A DNA stretch of 22,354 nucleotides from positions 1-22,354 of the forward strand of contig CBCSLL010001906.1 of assembly GCA_965140935.1 (NCBI GenBank), read 5' to 3'. This DNA is from Rotaria magnacalcarata. Taxonomy: Eukaryota. The position numbers were made by a program, and so were the translations under genes. Positions 9,404 to 18,139 of the stretch are shown piece after piece (the first letter of the stretch is position 1; the number at the start of each line of letters is the position of its first letter). A model generated the notes under the pieces. That model did not search any database. It saw only the letters and a program-made list of their open reading frames with translations, and was not told where the DNA came from.

Positions 9404-10078
9404 CAGAGATGCCAGATGTGAAAGTCGAAAATCCGGAAAATTCCGGAATTGTTTTTTCAGAATCCGGAAAAAATCCGGAAAGGTTTTCAAGGATCAATTT
9501 TAGTCACGTAAAGGACATCTTTCTCAGTTAAATTATAAATAGCTTTGTATATTTTCGCAAAATAAAACATACTGTAATTACACAAAAATAAAAATAAACA
9601 GCTAAATGTTGCCAATTTATAGAAAATAACTTAGAAATTACACAATTTGAAGTTAATTAGCACGTTGTTTTTTGGCACAATATTTTTCATTAGAATGAAT
9701 AGGTTTCAGCAGTTCCGGTTTTGATAAAAAAAATTATAAATTTCTGTACATGATAAAGATGAGTTAAAACGAATTTTAAATTCAGCTGCAACAAGTTTCA
9801 TTGACATACGATTTCGGTTATCATCGTATAGATGCTTCATGGCTGAAAAAACACTTTCAACAAATGCATTGCTACATGGAATAGAGATAAGGTCACCAAT
9901 AGAAGAAAATATTAAATCTCTACTGAATTATTCACAATTTAGAATGCTAAAACAAATGAAATAAAACTGAAATAAGAAATCGCTAAAATCCGGAAAAAAT
10001 CCGGAAGCCGAAAAGTATCCGGAAAAACTTCAAAAATCCGGAATTTTTCCGGATTTTCCGGATCATCTGGCATCTCTG
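9404..10078. mobile_element. Non-autonomous hAT-superfamily MITE, 675 bp. It has a perfect 15-bp TIR (CAGAGATGCCAGATG ... CATCTGGCATCTCTG), subterminal (A)ATCCGGAAAA repeats at both ends, no ORF, and an AT-rich interior.
   Basis: Both TIRs were read directly and are flanked by a perfect 8-bp direct repeat (CTCTAGAA). An 8-bp TSD and a CAGAG-type terminus are the hAT signature, and the TSD fits the nTnnnnAn preference. At least 5 ATCCGGAA(A) motifs lie within ~80 bp of each end. Confidence 0.75.
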
Positions 10079-10086
10079 CTCTAGAA
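10079..10086. repeat. Right 8-bp target-site duplication (CTCTAGAA) of the hAT-like MITE.
   Basis: See the left TSD. Confidence 0.7.
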
Positions 10087-10442
10087 TCAATCGAGGCTTT
10101 GCGTTTGTGTTTGCTTTGAAAATGATTTCATTTCAGGTAGAATAACATTTTCTCTTTTTTTTTATGTATCATACTCAACTTTCTCAATTACTTCAATAAA
10201 ATTAACATATATACGTATATCAAATTTTATTAAATTATTTTATTTTTCGAATGGAAAAAGCTATTTTCTGAGGTCACGCACATATATTAAAAATAATAAG
10301 TATAAAACAATGTTCTGTCCTTCTTACAAAGAAACATGTGTTTTTATTTTAAGAATCTGACTAATGTCTTGTGTCTAAACTGGACATAGAAATTCAAATT
10401 TTATGAGTTTTGTTTTTTCTTGATCGATTTGTTCTCAATCGT

Positions 10443-10448
10443 TTTATT
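10443..10448 (-). promoter_or_regulatory. AATAAA polyadenylation signal overlapping the MVP2 stop codon (cAATAAAa). A second AATAAA lies about 100 nt downstream at ~10338-10343 (-).
   Basis: The minus-strand sequence reads ...CCACAAAGACAATAAAACGATTG. Confidence 0.3.
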
Positions 10449-10557
10449 GTCTTTGTGGTGTACCAACTAAATCAACGGCAGTATTGAAAAGATTAATTGG
10501 ACTGCGTCCATCAGTAATCAAAGTTGATTTAATACCAAGAGCTTGAAGAAGTTTAAC
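10444..10557 (-). CDS. MVP: MVP2 exon 14 ([37 protein letters not shown]).
   Basis: Acceptor tttag|G (ag = 10559,10558); stop TAA at 10446-10444. Confidence 0.6.
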   Translation of the reverse strand, partial: VKLLQALGIKSTLITDGRSPINLFNTAVDLVGTPQRQ

Positions 10558-13500
10558 CTAAATAATGAGAGAGGAAAAAACAAGCAGTTAGTAAAGTGTA
10601 GCACGAATTCTTATTAAGATAAAATCTTACTTGATTATCGGGTCCGCTAGTAGCAATAGCTTGAATAGTTTTTGGACCGATAGCAGCAACATGCTCTTTG
10701 AATTCTGAAATTTCAATATCGGCTAATCGTTTTGCTTTTTCTATTTCTAAATTAGCTGTCGACGTTGAATAATGTAATTCAAGTTGGCGTGCTTGCGTTA
10801 AACGTATAAGTTCAGCATCAGATTCAATCTTTGAAGCTTGTGCACGAAGTGTAGCTGAAAAAGAGAAAAGAGAACATATAATATATATATATATCGATAC
10901 AGATGTTCAATATGCGACATACCTTGATCAACAGCAGCTGCACCTTCGATTTTAGCTGCTTCTGCTCTTGATTGAGCTTCAGCGCGTGATTGACCGGTGG
11001 TTTCAACAGCAGATGACAGTGCTTGAAGTTCTAATAATTTTCGTCGTTCCTTTTCAGCTATAAAAATGAAAAGGTTTACGATTCCAATTTCACATAGAAT
11101 AAAATTCTACCTTCTGCTTCATCAGCAATTTTCTGTCGTTCTAAATGACCCTTTGCTTCTTGTTCTGTGCGTGAAGCTAAATGTCTATAGGAAAAACGAA
11201 GCAAATAAAAATTTGAAGTTCATTTTTTGTTAAACATACTTCGCTTGGGCTTCTTGTGAATTTGTTGTTATCTAAAATGGAGACATGCACGGAAATTAAT
11301 CATCACAATTCGATCGATAATCTTTTATCTTACTTCAATAGCTAATTGAACACTCTTCTGAAGAGCATCTCGTGTTCGTTGATCCACTGGTTCAACACTT
11401 TGAATATCAATCGATGTCAGAACCAAACTATTTTGCGGGAATACTAGTCTTTTTTTCACATGTTTATTTTCATCAAGACCGAATACTGAGCTTCGAATGA
11501 TTTTCGCAGAGTTCTTATGGAAATCATCGAATGAAATACCAGCAACAGTACCACGAATTTTAGCTGCTACAGCTTTACAAAAATCACCAATAAAATCTGG
11601 TACTGAAAAAAGTTTTGTAACTTCTTTTTGATCATTGGAATCATTAACCTAAAATAATAAAAAAAAAACAAAGATTTGCTTTCTTTTCTTTGTAAACTCT
11701 TATAATTCTTACCTCAAAATGCCAGTTATATGAAAGTCTGAGTGAAAGACGAGCATGATCACTTGATTCGATTGTTACAATATCACTTGAAAATTCGGGT
11801 CCCATTAGAAGACAAATAGCTCGAATCTTATTTGGTACTTTGGGTTTTTCACCGGATAAATTCAATATTGTGAATTGCTCATCTGGTCCGAGCATAACAA
11901 GTTCAGGGCCAAATACAATGCGTGCTTTTTTAGATTTGAAGTCATAAATTTGTACACAAGCATTGTGTGGAACTCGATAGGCAACTACTTTCGATTTATC
12001 TCTTGGTGGTATAGCTGTTTTTTGTGCTGATTTATCATCAAAACATCGAGCATCTTGATTGAGAAGTAGTTCAACTTGGGCAGGTAATTCTTTCTCCCAA
12101 AGTTCTTCATTTTCAGTCAATAAATATGTAGTGCCAATGACTGATCGAACTTTACCAGTTTTAACATCTCGAACATAAATACCTTCATTGACATCTAATG
12201 GTGTAGCTCTACGTCGGAGTACTACTTCCGATTCGACAGCTGGAATATAGTCTTTAGGTCCTCGGATCATCCAACGATCACCAGGATTACGTAGGACCGT
12301 CTATAAAAACAATCAATCGGATACAATTGATAAATAAAAATTTCACAAAACCTATTAACTTACTCCATCTTCTTTAAACGATTCAGTACAACGAAGAATG
12401 AGTCCTTCATCGTCTTCAAGAACATAGACATCCTGAATACCTTTAGCTAATTTTTCACCGGGTTGAAGAAAGAATGTTGTTTCTCCCTTTAGAAAATCGA
12501 AAGATTTAAAATTTAAAATTCATATGATTCTAATTTATCATACTTTAACAAGCTTTTTCTTTCCAAGTTGCGGTTTACCATCTGAACCAACAGGATCAAT
12601 AATAACAGCGTATTGACGAGAATTTAATACAGTTACTGCTACAACACCAACAACCTAAATATTTTATTCATTATTTTTCATCTACGAAATAAACATATTT
12701 AATTATATCTACCTCTTCAAAAACATCTGGAATATATGTTTCAGCATCACGGGCATATACAAGCCATTCTTCTCCATTGAGACGTTTATGTTTGAATGAA
12801 TCAATAAATGTGCCCAATGCTCGTAAATGAAGAGCTTTCTGGAAGAAGAAAAAAGGGCAATAAAATAAATATATCATGAAAAAAGACGACTGATTCCTAA
12901 GAACACATACTTTGTCAGTTAGTACATAGGCTTTAACTGTTGAAACAACTTCTTCGTAAGCTAATGGTAAGTATGAGCCAATAGTACGATTAAGCCATTC
13001 TTCGCCTGTTTCGCGTGCAATTCCATCGCGGTCAACCATCTCTTTTTTCGCACGTAAACGAACAGCTTCGTTTGGTTTAAGAATAACAGCTTTTATTTGT
13101 TCTTCAACGCTAACTTCTTTACGTGGAAGATAAGTTCCTAGAAATAAATTTATTCGAAAATGTTTACTATTAAAAAATTTAGAATATTTTTGTTTTGCTA
13201 TTTTACCTGGTCCACAGAAGAGAAATTCATCTCCAGCACGTATCTGTTGATCATTCTCATCGGTAAAATCCAAAACCGCACGAAGGCGTAATGCACAGTT
13301 AGGCTCAATAACTTTCAATGGTGTTACATTCTGTTTGAGTATTTCACCAGGATAGAGTGGAAATGGTTCTTGAGCAAATCGAATATCAACATCCGAATGT
13401 AACAACTTAACTTGACCATTAGAATCAATAACAACTTTCGCATTTTTATCACGAACAGCTGGATTTTCAACAACGCAATAATGACGAGGACTAGATAATT

Positions 13501-13790
13501 AGTTATACATAGAATTTTTTAATGAAATCAAAGAAAGAAAAACAACTTCAACATACGGAATTATTATCATGCGTTCTGGTCCAACGAGGACTTTTTCATG
13601 ATCTTGTTTAACAAATGTAAGTGGGCCAACTTCAAGTCGGCTTACATTTTTATTTTGATCGAGCACATGTAGATAGTAGAAAGGAGGAACTCGGTAAACT
13701 AAAATTCAACGAAGAAAAAACAACGAGCATTGAATCTTAATGCAAAAGAATTAAAATATTCATACCACCGGTAACTTTTGAATCAGCCAT
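10444..13790 (-). CDS. MVP: Major vault protein gene, paralog 2 (gene span, minus strand). Exon model: complement(join(10444..10557,10631..10854,10923..11057,11111..11184,11240..11271,11334..11648,11713..12300,12364..12486,12544..12654,12713..12838,12911..13137,13207..13490,13557..13698,13766..13790)), 2520 nt, 839 aa.
   Basis: The spliced translation is [35 protein letters not shown] ... [11 protein letters not shown] ... [18 protein letters not shown] ... [11 protein letters not shown] ... ETGEEWL ... [19 protein letters not shown] ... [16 protein letters not shown] ... [20 protein letters not shown] ... [14 protein letters not shown] ... [12 protein letters not shown] ... [19 protein letters not shown] ... 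[30 protein letters not shown] ... [24 protein letters not shown] ... *. It is collinear with paralog 1 and with vertebrate MVP. All 13 introns are GT-AG of 53-73 nt, all junctions preserve the frame, and the total length is divisible by 3. Confidence 0.85.
10631..10854 (-). CDS. MVP: MVP2 exon 13 ([75 protein letters not shown]).
   Basis: Acceptor ttttcag (ag = 10856,10855); donor GTAAGA at 10630. Confidence 0.6.
10876..10894. repeat. (TA)n microsatellite inside an MVP2 intron.
   Basis: ATATAATATATATATATAT read directly. Confidence 0.7.
10923..11057 (-). CDS. MVP: MVP2 exon 12 ([45 protein letters not shown]).
   Basis: Acceptor tttatag (ag = 11059,11058); donor GTATGT at 10922. The intron contains a (TA)n microsatellite. 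Confidence 0.6.
11111..11184 (-). CDS. MVP: MVP2 exon 11 ([25 protein letters not shown]).
   Basis: Acceptor cctatag (ag = 11186,11185); donor GTAGAA at 11110. Confidence 0.55.
11240..11271 (-). CDS. MVP: MVP2 exon 10, a 32-nt micro-exon ([10 protein letters not shown] + first 2 nt of K).
   Basis: Acceptor cattttag (ag = 11273,11272); donor GTATGT at 11239. Its 5' portion lies in the block that is near-identical to MVP1. Confidence 0.55.
11334..11648 (-). CDS. MVP: MVP2 exon 9 ([105 protein letters not shown]).
   Basis: Acceptor tattttag (ag = 11650,11649); donor GTAAGA at 11333. Confidence 0.65.
11713..12300 (-). CDS. MVP: MVP2 exon 8 ([45 protein letters not shown] ... SYNWHFE), 588 nt.
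   Basis: The exon lies within ORF 11644..12270(-), whose tail [10 protein letters not shown]... is intron read-through. Acceptor ttttatag (ag = 12302,12301); donor GTAAGA at 11712. Confidence 0.7.
12364..12486 (-). CDS. MVP: MVP2 exon 7 ([41 protein letters not shown]).
   Basis: Acceptor ttctaaag (ag = 12488,12487); donor GTAAGT at 12363. Confidence 0.6.
12544..12654 (-). CDS. MVP: MVP2 exon 6 ([37 protein letters not shown]).
   Basis: Acceptor atatttag (ag = 12656,12655); donor GTATGA at 12543. Confidence 0.6.
12713..12838 (-). CDS. MVP: MVP2 exon 5 ([42 protein letters not shown]).
   Basis: Acceptor tcttccag (ag = 12840,12839); donor GTAGAT at 12712. Confidence 0.6.
12911..13137 (-). CDS. 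MVP: MVP2 exon 4 ([76 protein letters not shown]).
   Basis: Acceptor tttctag (ag = 13139,13138); donor GTATGT at 12910. Confidence 0.6.
13207..13490 (-). CDS. MVP: MVP2 exon 3 ([95 protein letters not shown]).
   Basis: Acceptor ttatctag (ag = 13492,13491); donor GTAAAA at 13206. The exon overlaps ORF 12671..13405(-). Confidence 0.6.
13557..13698 (-). CDS. MVP: MVP2 exon 2 ([48 protein letters not shown]).
   Basis: Acceptor gaattttag (ag = 13700,13699); donor GTATGT at 13556. Confidence 0.6.
13766..13790 (-). CDS. MVP: MVP2 exon 1 (MADSKVTG + 1 nt).
   Basis: ATG at 13790-13788; donor GTATGA at 13765. An alternative donor 3 nt upstream would give the same phase. Confidence 0.45.
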
Positions 13791-14963
13791 TTTTATTCTT
13801 TACTAGTAATGTGAATCTGAAACAGAATGACGGCAGTAGAAGAAGTCCTTTTTATGTATAGGTGAGAATGTCAACACAATCAGGGAATATTGTGTATGTG
13901 AAATAGAAAGAGAAGGGTTGTGTAGAGGGACTGACAAGTTTTCACCAACGTTATGAAATGACTGCAGATAAGATTGCAAGACTAAATAGCAATAACAACT
14001 AATGCATTGGCATATAACGAGGTTGATTTATTCTGCGTATAGAAAAAAAAGTAAGAGAAAATAGAGGGTTGAAAAACAGATTCTGCAGAGAGTGAATTGG
14101 AGAAGAACGCAAGAGCCCTTCATTTGACACTGAATATCTTTGCCTAGAAGAAAGAAATAAAATTTTATTTTCAATGCAACATGAAATTTTCTATATGAAT
14201 AATATGGATGTCACAAATATTCACAATAGAATGTATTGATGATGCAAATGCTCCAGTAGCTTGTAATAACCTTATTACTGTTTGACGATAAAACAGGTGT
14301 TAGAACGCTAACTTCGATAAAATACATGATAAAAATAGATCAAATTAATTGAAAGTAGTATTGAGAATTATTTTCTAAAAATATTCAACAAAGCAATGAA
14401 TTTGTGCTATACAATACAATTGAATGTTATAGTAAATAGAAATGACTTGCCTTCCATGTTAGAGTTAGCATCTTTTTTTAGTCAAAAATCACTATTCATT
14501 TTTATATTTGACCTCGAAAATATGAAACACGTTAGAGAAATAATACTCCTCAATAATTTGATTCGTTGTAAAAATGCACTAAAGAAACTAGAATAACAAG
14601 TTTATAGTATATAAATTGGTACCAACATTTTTCGTGTTGACTATTGTTTCAATACATCATTTATCTTCTGAATGACTTCTAATAGTAATGCCACATATTG
14701 TTTTCTTTTACAAACGCTTAAATAGTATTTTATTGAAAACATGATTTATTTATTTATTATCATTATTTTTCAATATCGTTGTGATTTAACAAATAGATTC
14801 ACGTAAATTCGCATAAAGTCGATTACAAATGTCAAACAAAAAACGTTCAATACGAACATAATAAATATATATTCTATTGTGTATGATAATATTCATTGTG
14901 ATGATGCATTAATTTGTCGATTAGAATACTATCACATTAAACTCGTATTTTTTTTTCGTCGGC

Positions 14964-15165
14964 TTAAACATATCGCCATGTAATCATAGTCGGACTATCA
15001 ACATTTACGATTCTAGGTTTTTTCTTTACATCTCTTCCTTCGTTGTATAGAATCACACCAAACATAACAATAAATGTTCCTGCACCACTTAAGAATGTCA
15101 CCGGATTATGAAATATAATAATTGATATCCATATCATTAATGCACGCTTTATAGTATTCGCAACA
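14964..15165 (-). CDS. SLC35-like exon 5 (S VANTIKRALMIWISIIIFHNPVTFLSGAGTFIVMFGVILYNEGRDVKKKPRIVNVDSPTMITWRYV*).
   Basis: The exon matches ORF 14964..15197(-). Acceptor ctactag (ag = 15167,15166). Confidence 0.65.
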
Positions 15166-16645
15166 CTAGTAGAAAAAAAAACGAAAATTGTGAGCAATAC
15201 GACGAGTCATCGTTTTTGTTTTACCTGTGTGTTATCGGCGATATGTAAGCCATGATAGCAAAGGCAGCAACGGCTTGTATATGATAAAAAAATCCATTGA
15301 AAATATATAAAAGAGCTAATGTTTTCGAAGTTAATGATAATGCTAACGGAATATCAACATAATAAAGAAGTAAAGGTAATTGAAAAATACATGCTAAAAG
15401 ACTAGCCCAAAATTGTAATTCAATAGCTGTATAACGATAATGTTCACCGCTTATTAATAATTTAGAATAAACATTTTGTAAACTGAAATAAGAAGAAAAT
15501 TCGAAACGTGGAAAAAATCAGTGAAATTTCATAGCTGTTCGATTTATCAGATTAAGTTAAATCAATATTACTCTCGTGATTAATGATTTAGATAACTAGA
15601 AACTTGCAATGTTTCGTCTGTCACGATTTGAGATATGCGAGACCGGAATTAAACAGTATAGTTAATTATTCTATGGTTCAAATCGAATTGTATTAATCAG
15701 AGTATAACCCAAGGGAGACAAACGGTCGCATGCTAAATATGGAAAACTCTAGAAATGATGAGCTTTGCTTTTAACCTTTACTACAAATTAATGATGGAAC
15801 CAGACAAAAAAATCTATTGTGACCTAAGCTTTCACTTGAAGAATTATCTTCGCTTATAGTCTAAGTTCTGAAGCAGGCTCCATCGCTGGTACTATTTCTA
15901 CCAAATAACAGTATAATCATCTTACCAATCAAATATATTTGTCCCTAATGCACACAAAAATCCGCTCAAATTAAAGCTTAATTCAAATGAGCTACATAGA
16001 CATAAGCCAAGTGTTATTGGTATCATTGAAAATTTAGTCCAATGAGCTAAAATACAAGAGAATAGTTATTCTTAAAAACATATTTAAAAAAAATGCTTCT
16101 TACTTGTTCTTTCTCCAAGTATAATTCGACTAATAATAACCGTAAATAACGGAGAAGAAGATTTTATTGTTGCTACAAATGATACAGCTATATATTTCAA
16201 AGCAATTAAACCTAAAACAATAGTCACAGAACGAAATGCGCCGATTAATATCATATCACGATATACGTTTTTCATCACCGTTGGATTTCTATTTAATGGA
16301 CTATAAAATTTATTTATAAATAGTAAATGTATATAACCACTAATTATGGAAATAACAAGTTGAATTGTGCCTTAAATTGCAAAAAGAAATTCGAAATTTT
16401 AGTTGAAAACGGAACATAGTGGATGTTTCTATTTCAATACCTAATGAAAAAGTATCGCCATCCAAATGACTTAATATGTATTTATTTGAAAATAATGTTG
16501 CAGCCGATGAAATATACCATACAATAAGGATTATTATTGCCATTGAATGATATAAACCTCGGTGAACATCAAGACCAAATTTGTCCGTTGAATGTAAAAC
16601 ATCGGTTCGATCTGGAGCAACGTCAGATAAACTTGTTAACGGCAT
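14964..16645 (-). CDS. SLC35/TPT-family (SLC35E-like) nucleotide-sugar/triose-phosphate transporter-type membrane protein, gene span. Exon model: complement(join(14964..15165,15225..15482,15926..16046,16104..16370,16441..16645)), 1053 nt, 350 aa.
   Basis: The spliced translation is MPLTSLSDVAPDRTD...AIIILIVWYISSAATLFSNKYILSHLDGDTFSL|GTIQLVISIISGY...VATIKSSSPLFTVIISRIILGERTS|THWTKFSMIPITLGLCLCSSFELSFNLSGFLCALGTNIFD|C LQNVYSKLLISGEHYRYTAIELQFWASLLACIFQLPLL...AFAIMAYISPITHS|VANTIKRALMIWISIIIFHNPVTFLSGAGTFIVMFGVILYN...*. It carries the family motifs: NKYIL in TM1, IKSSxPxFTVI, LQNVYSKLL, ELQFW, SPxTHSVANTxKR, and a C-terminal NPVT...G...LY. Ten hydrophobic helices are predicted. The gene has 4 GT-AG introns. 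Confidence 0.7.
15225..15482 (-). CDS. SLC35-like exon 4 (C LQNVYSKLLISGEHYRYTAIELQFWASLLACIFQLPLLLYYVDIPLALSLTSKTLALLYIFNGFFYHIQAVAAFAIMAYISPITH).
   Basis: Acceptor tatttcag (ag = 15484,15483); donor GTAAAA at 15224. Confidence 0.6.
15926..16046 (-). CDS. SLC35-like exon 3 (T HWTKFSMIPITLGLCLCSSFELSFNLSGFLCALGTNIFD).
   Basis: Acceptor tattttag (ag = 16048,16047); donor GTAAGA at 15925. Confidence 0.6.
16104..16370 (-). CDS. SLC35-like exon 2 (G TIQLVISIISGYIHLLFINKFYSPLNRNPTVMKNVYRDMILIGAFRSVTIVLGLIALKYIAVSFVATIKSSSPLFTVIISRIILGERT).
   Basis: The exon contains ORF 16084..16278(-). Acceptor aatttaag (ag = 16372,16371); donor GTAAGA at 16103. Confidence 0.6.
16441..16645 (-). CDS. SLC35-like exon 1 (MPLTSLSDVAPDRTDVLHSTDKFGLDVHRGLYHSMAIIILIVWYISSAATLFSNKYILSHLDGDTFSL).
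   Basis: The exon matches the start of ORF 16340..16645(-). Donor GTATTG at 16440. Confidence 0.6.
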
Positions 16646-18113
16646 GATTAACGATAGATTTATAGAGAAATTTTATTCATATTTCACGAATTCTTAAGGT
16701 AAATTGAAAATTTGTGACCATAGATTATTCAATAGCAAGAACTTCGAATAAAAGTTAAACGTATTATTAATATTTTTCTTTCGTATTCTGTAGATCGTTT
16801 ATTAGAGATATAGATAGTTAGTTTGTTTTGTTTCTTTCAGCGACTCGTACAATTATTTATTTGTTAAACGATCACCAATCAGATTCATGCCGCTAGTATC
16901 TGCGATTCTCAGCATCGTTAGTTTAGATGAGCTTTCAAAATAAGAGAAATGTCCACTTGACGAAGAAAAAAACTTCTTAACGATCGAATAAATAAATATA
17001 CTAACTATATTTTTAATTCAAGAACTAAACTAGATAACCTATAGATATATTTATATGACAAAATTCCTTAAAAATACGAGGGAAAAGTCACCTATTGGCT
17101 CTTCCAATAATAGCATCGTCCCGTTTATTGGTGACAGATGCGAATTAACACAACACGAGTATCCATGAAAATAATTGTGTTTTTCTGGGACACTCGTGAC
17201 ATAAAATCTTGACCTCCCATCTGTTGCCATTGCATTTATTCTTTCGTTACGATGGATTTTGTTTTTGAATTCATGCAGCACTATTAAAAATAGAAACATA
17301 TGACTCAATAAATAAAACAACAGGATTCTATTATGAAAAACAATTCAAATGTATTCATATCCTAAATAAATTAACGTCCAATAAACTCAATGAGAGTTTA
17401 TCTAACTGACCTACATCACTTTTTTGAATGACTTTGGTCAATGAAAGCAGTGAGTAGAACAAAAGGATTAAATACTATTTTTTCTCCAGACTATGATTTG
17501 AATCTACGATAACATTGAAGATAAGAAAATAAGCACACTTCTCAATTCATAATGATATGTTCATGAGCCAACACATTTTGTTTTTCTTTTGTGATAAGTG
17601 TGCCTATTCTGTAAACCTTCGTTGTCTTGTAATGTATCACATTATCGTTACAATCGGGTACTAATGCCGAATGGATCGAAATTACATCGATGAACCTTTA
17701 TGTGTTTTTCCTGCTTATCAACGCACCATTATTCATCACCATGCGATATGCCGAAAGTAAGCCTGACTTTCATCTACACGATTTTGAAAGGATTGCTTTT
17801 TATGACTCAAGCTATATGTTTGCCTATAAGAGTAGATCACTCGTATATTCATTAACAATTCTATGTTTTATCGTGAACTGAATTTCAATAAATCAGAAAA
17901 ATGATACGTAATGCATCACTTATCAACGAATGTTGCTTTTTCTCTTGACAGTAAACTGAAAAATCGATTAGCATAATTGTCACACAGGTACGCGACTTCT
18001 ACCAATAATTGATTTTGATAGAAGTAACGAAAATAATTTTTGATTAACTTTCACGATAGCTGCTTAGAGAAGATTACTAGTCTTCGCAATATTAATCAAT
18101 AGATAGACAGTAT

Positions 18114-18139
18114 TATATATATATAGAGAGAGAGAGAGA
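18114..18139. repeat. Compound microsatellite (TA)6(GA)7.
   Basis: TATATATATATAGAGAGAGAGAGAGA read directly. Confidence 0.8.

Noticed and set aside
10824-11006. ORF 10824..11006 (-), 60 aa.
   Set aside because: It is in the wrong frame relative to MVP2 exons 12 and 13 and runs through the (TA)n-containing intron.
11644-11712. Tail of ORF 11644..12270 (-) (...[22 protein letters not shown]).
   Set aside because: This is intron sequence following the GTAAGA donor at 11712. The MVP reading frame resumes at 11648 after a ttattttag acceptor.
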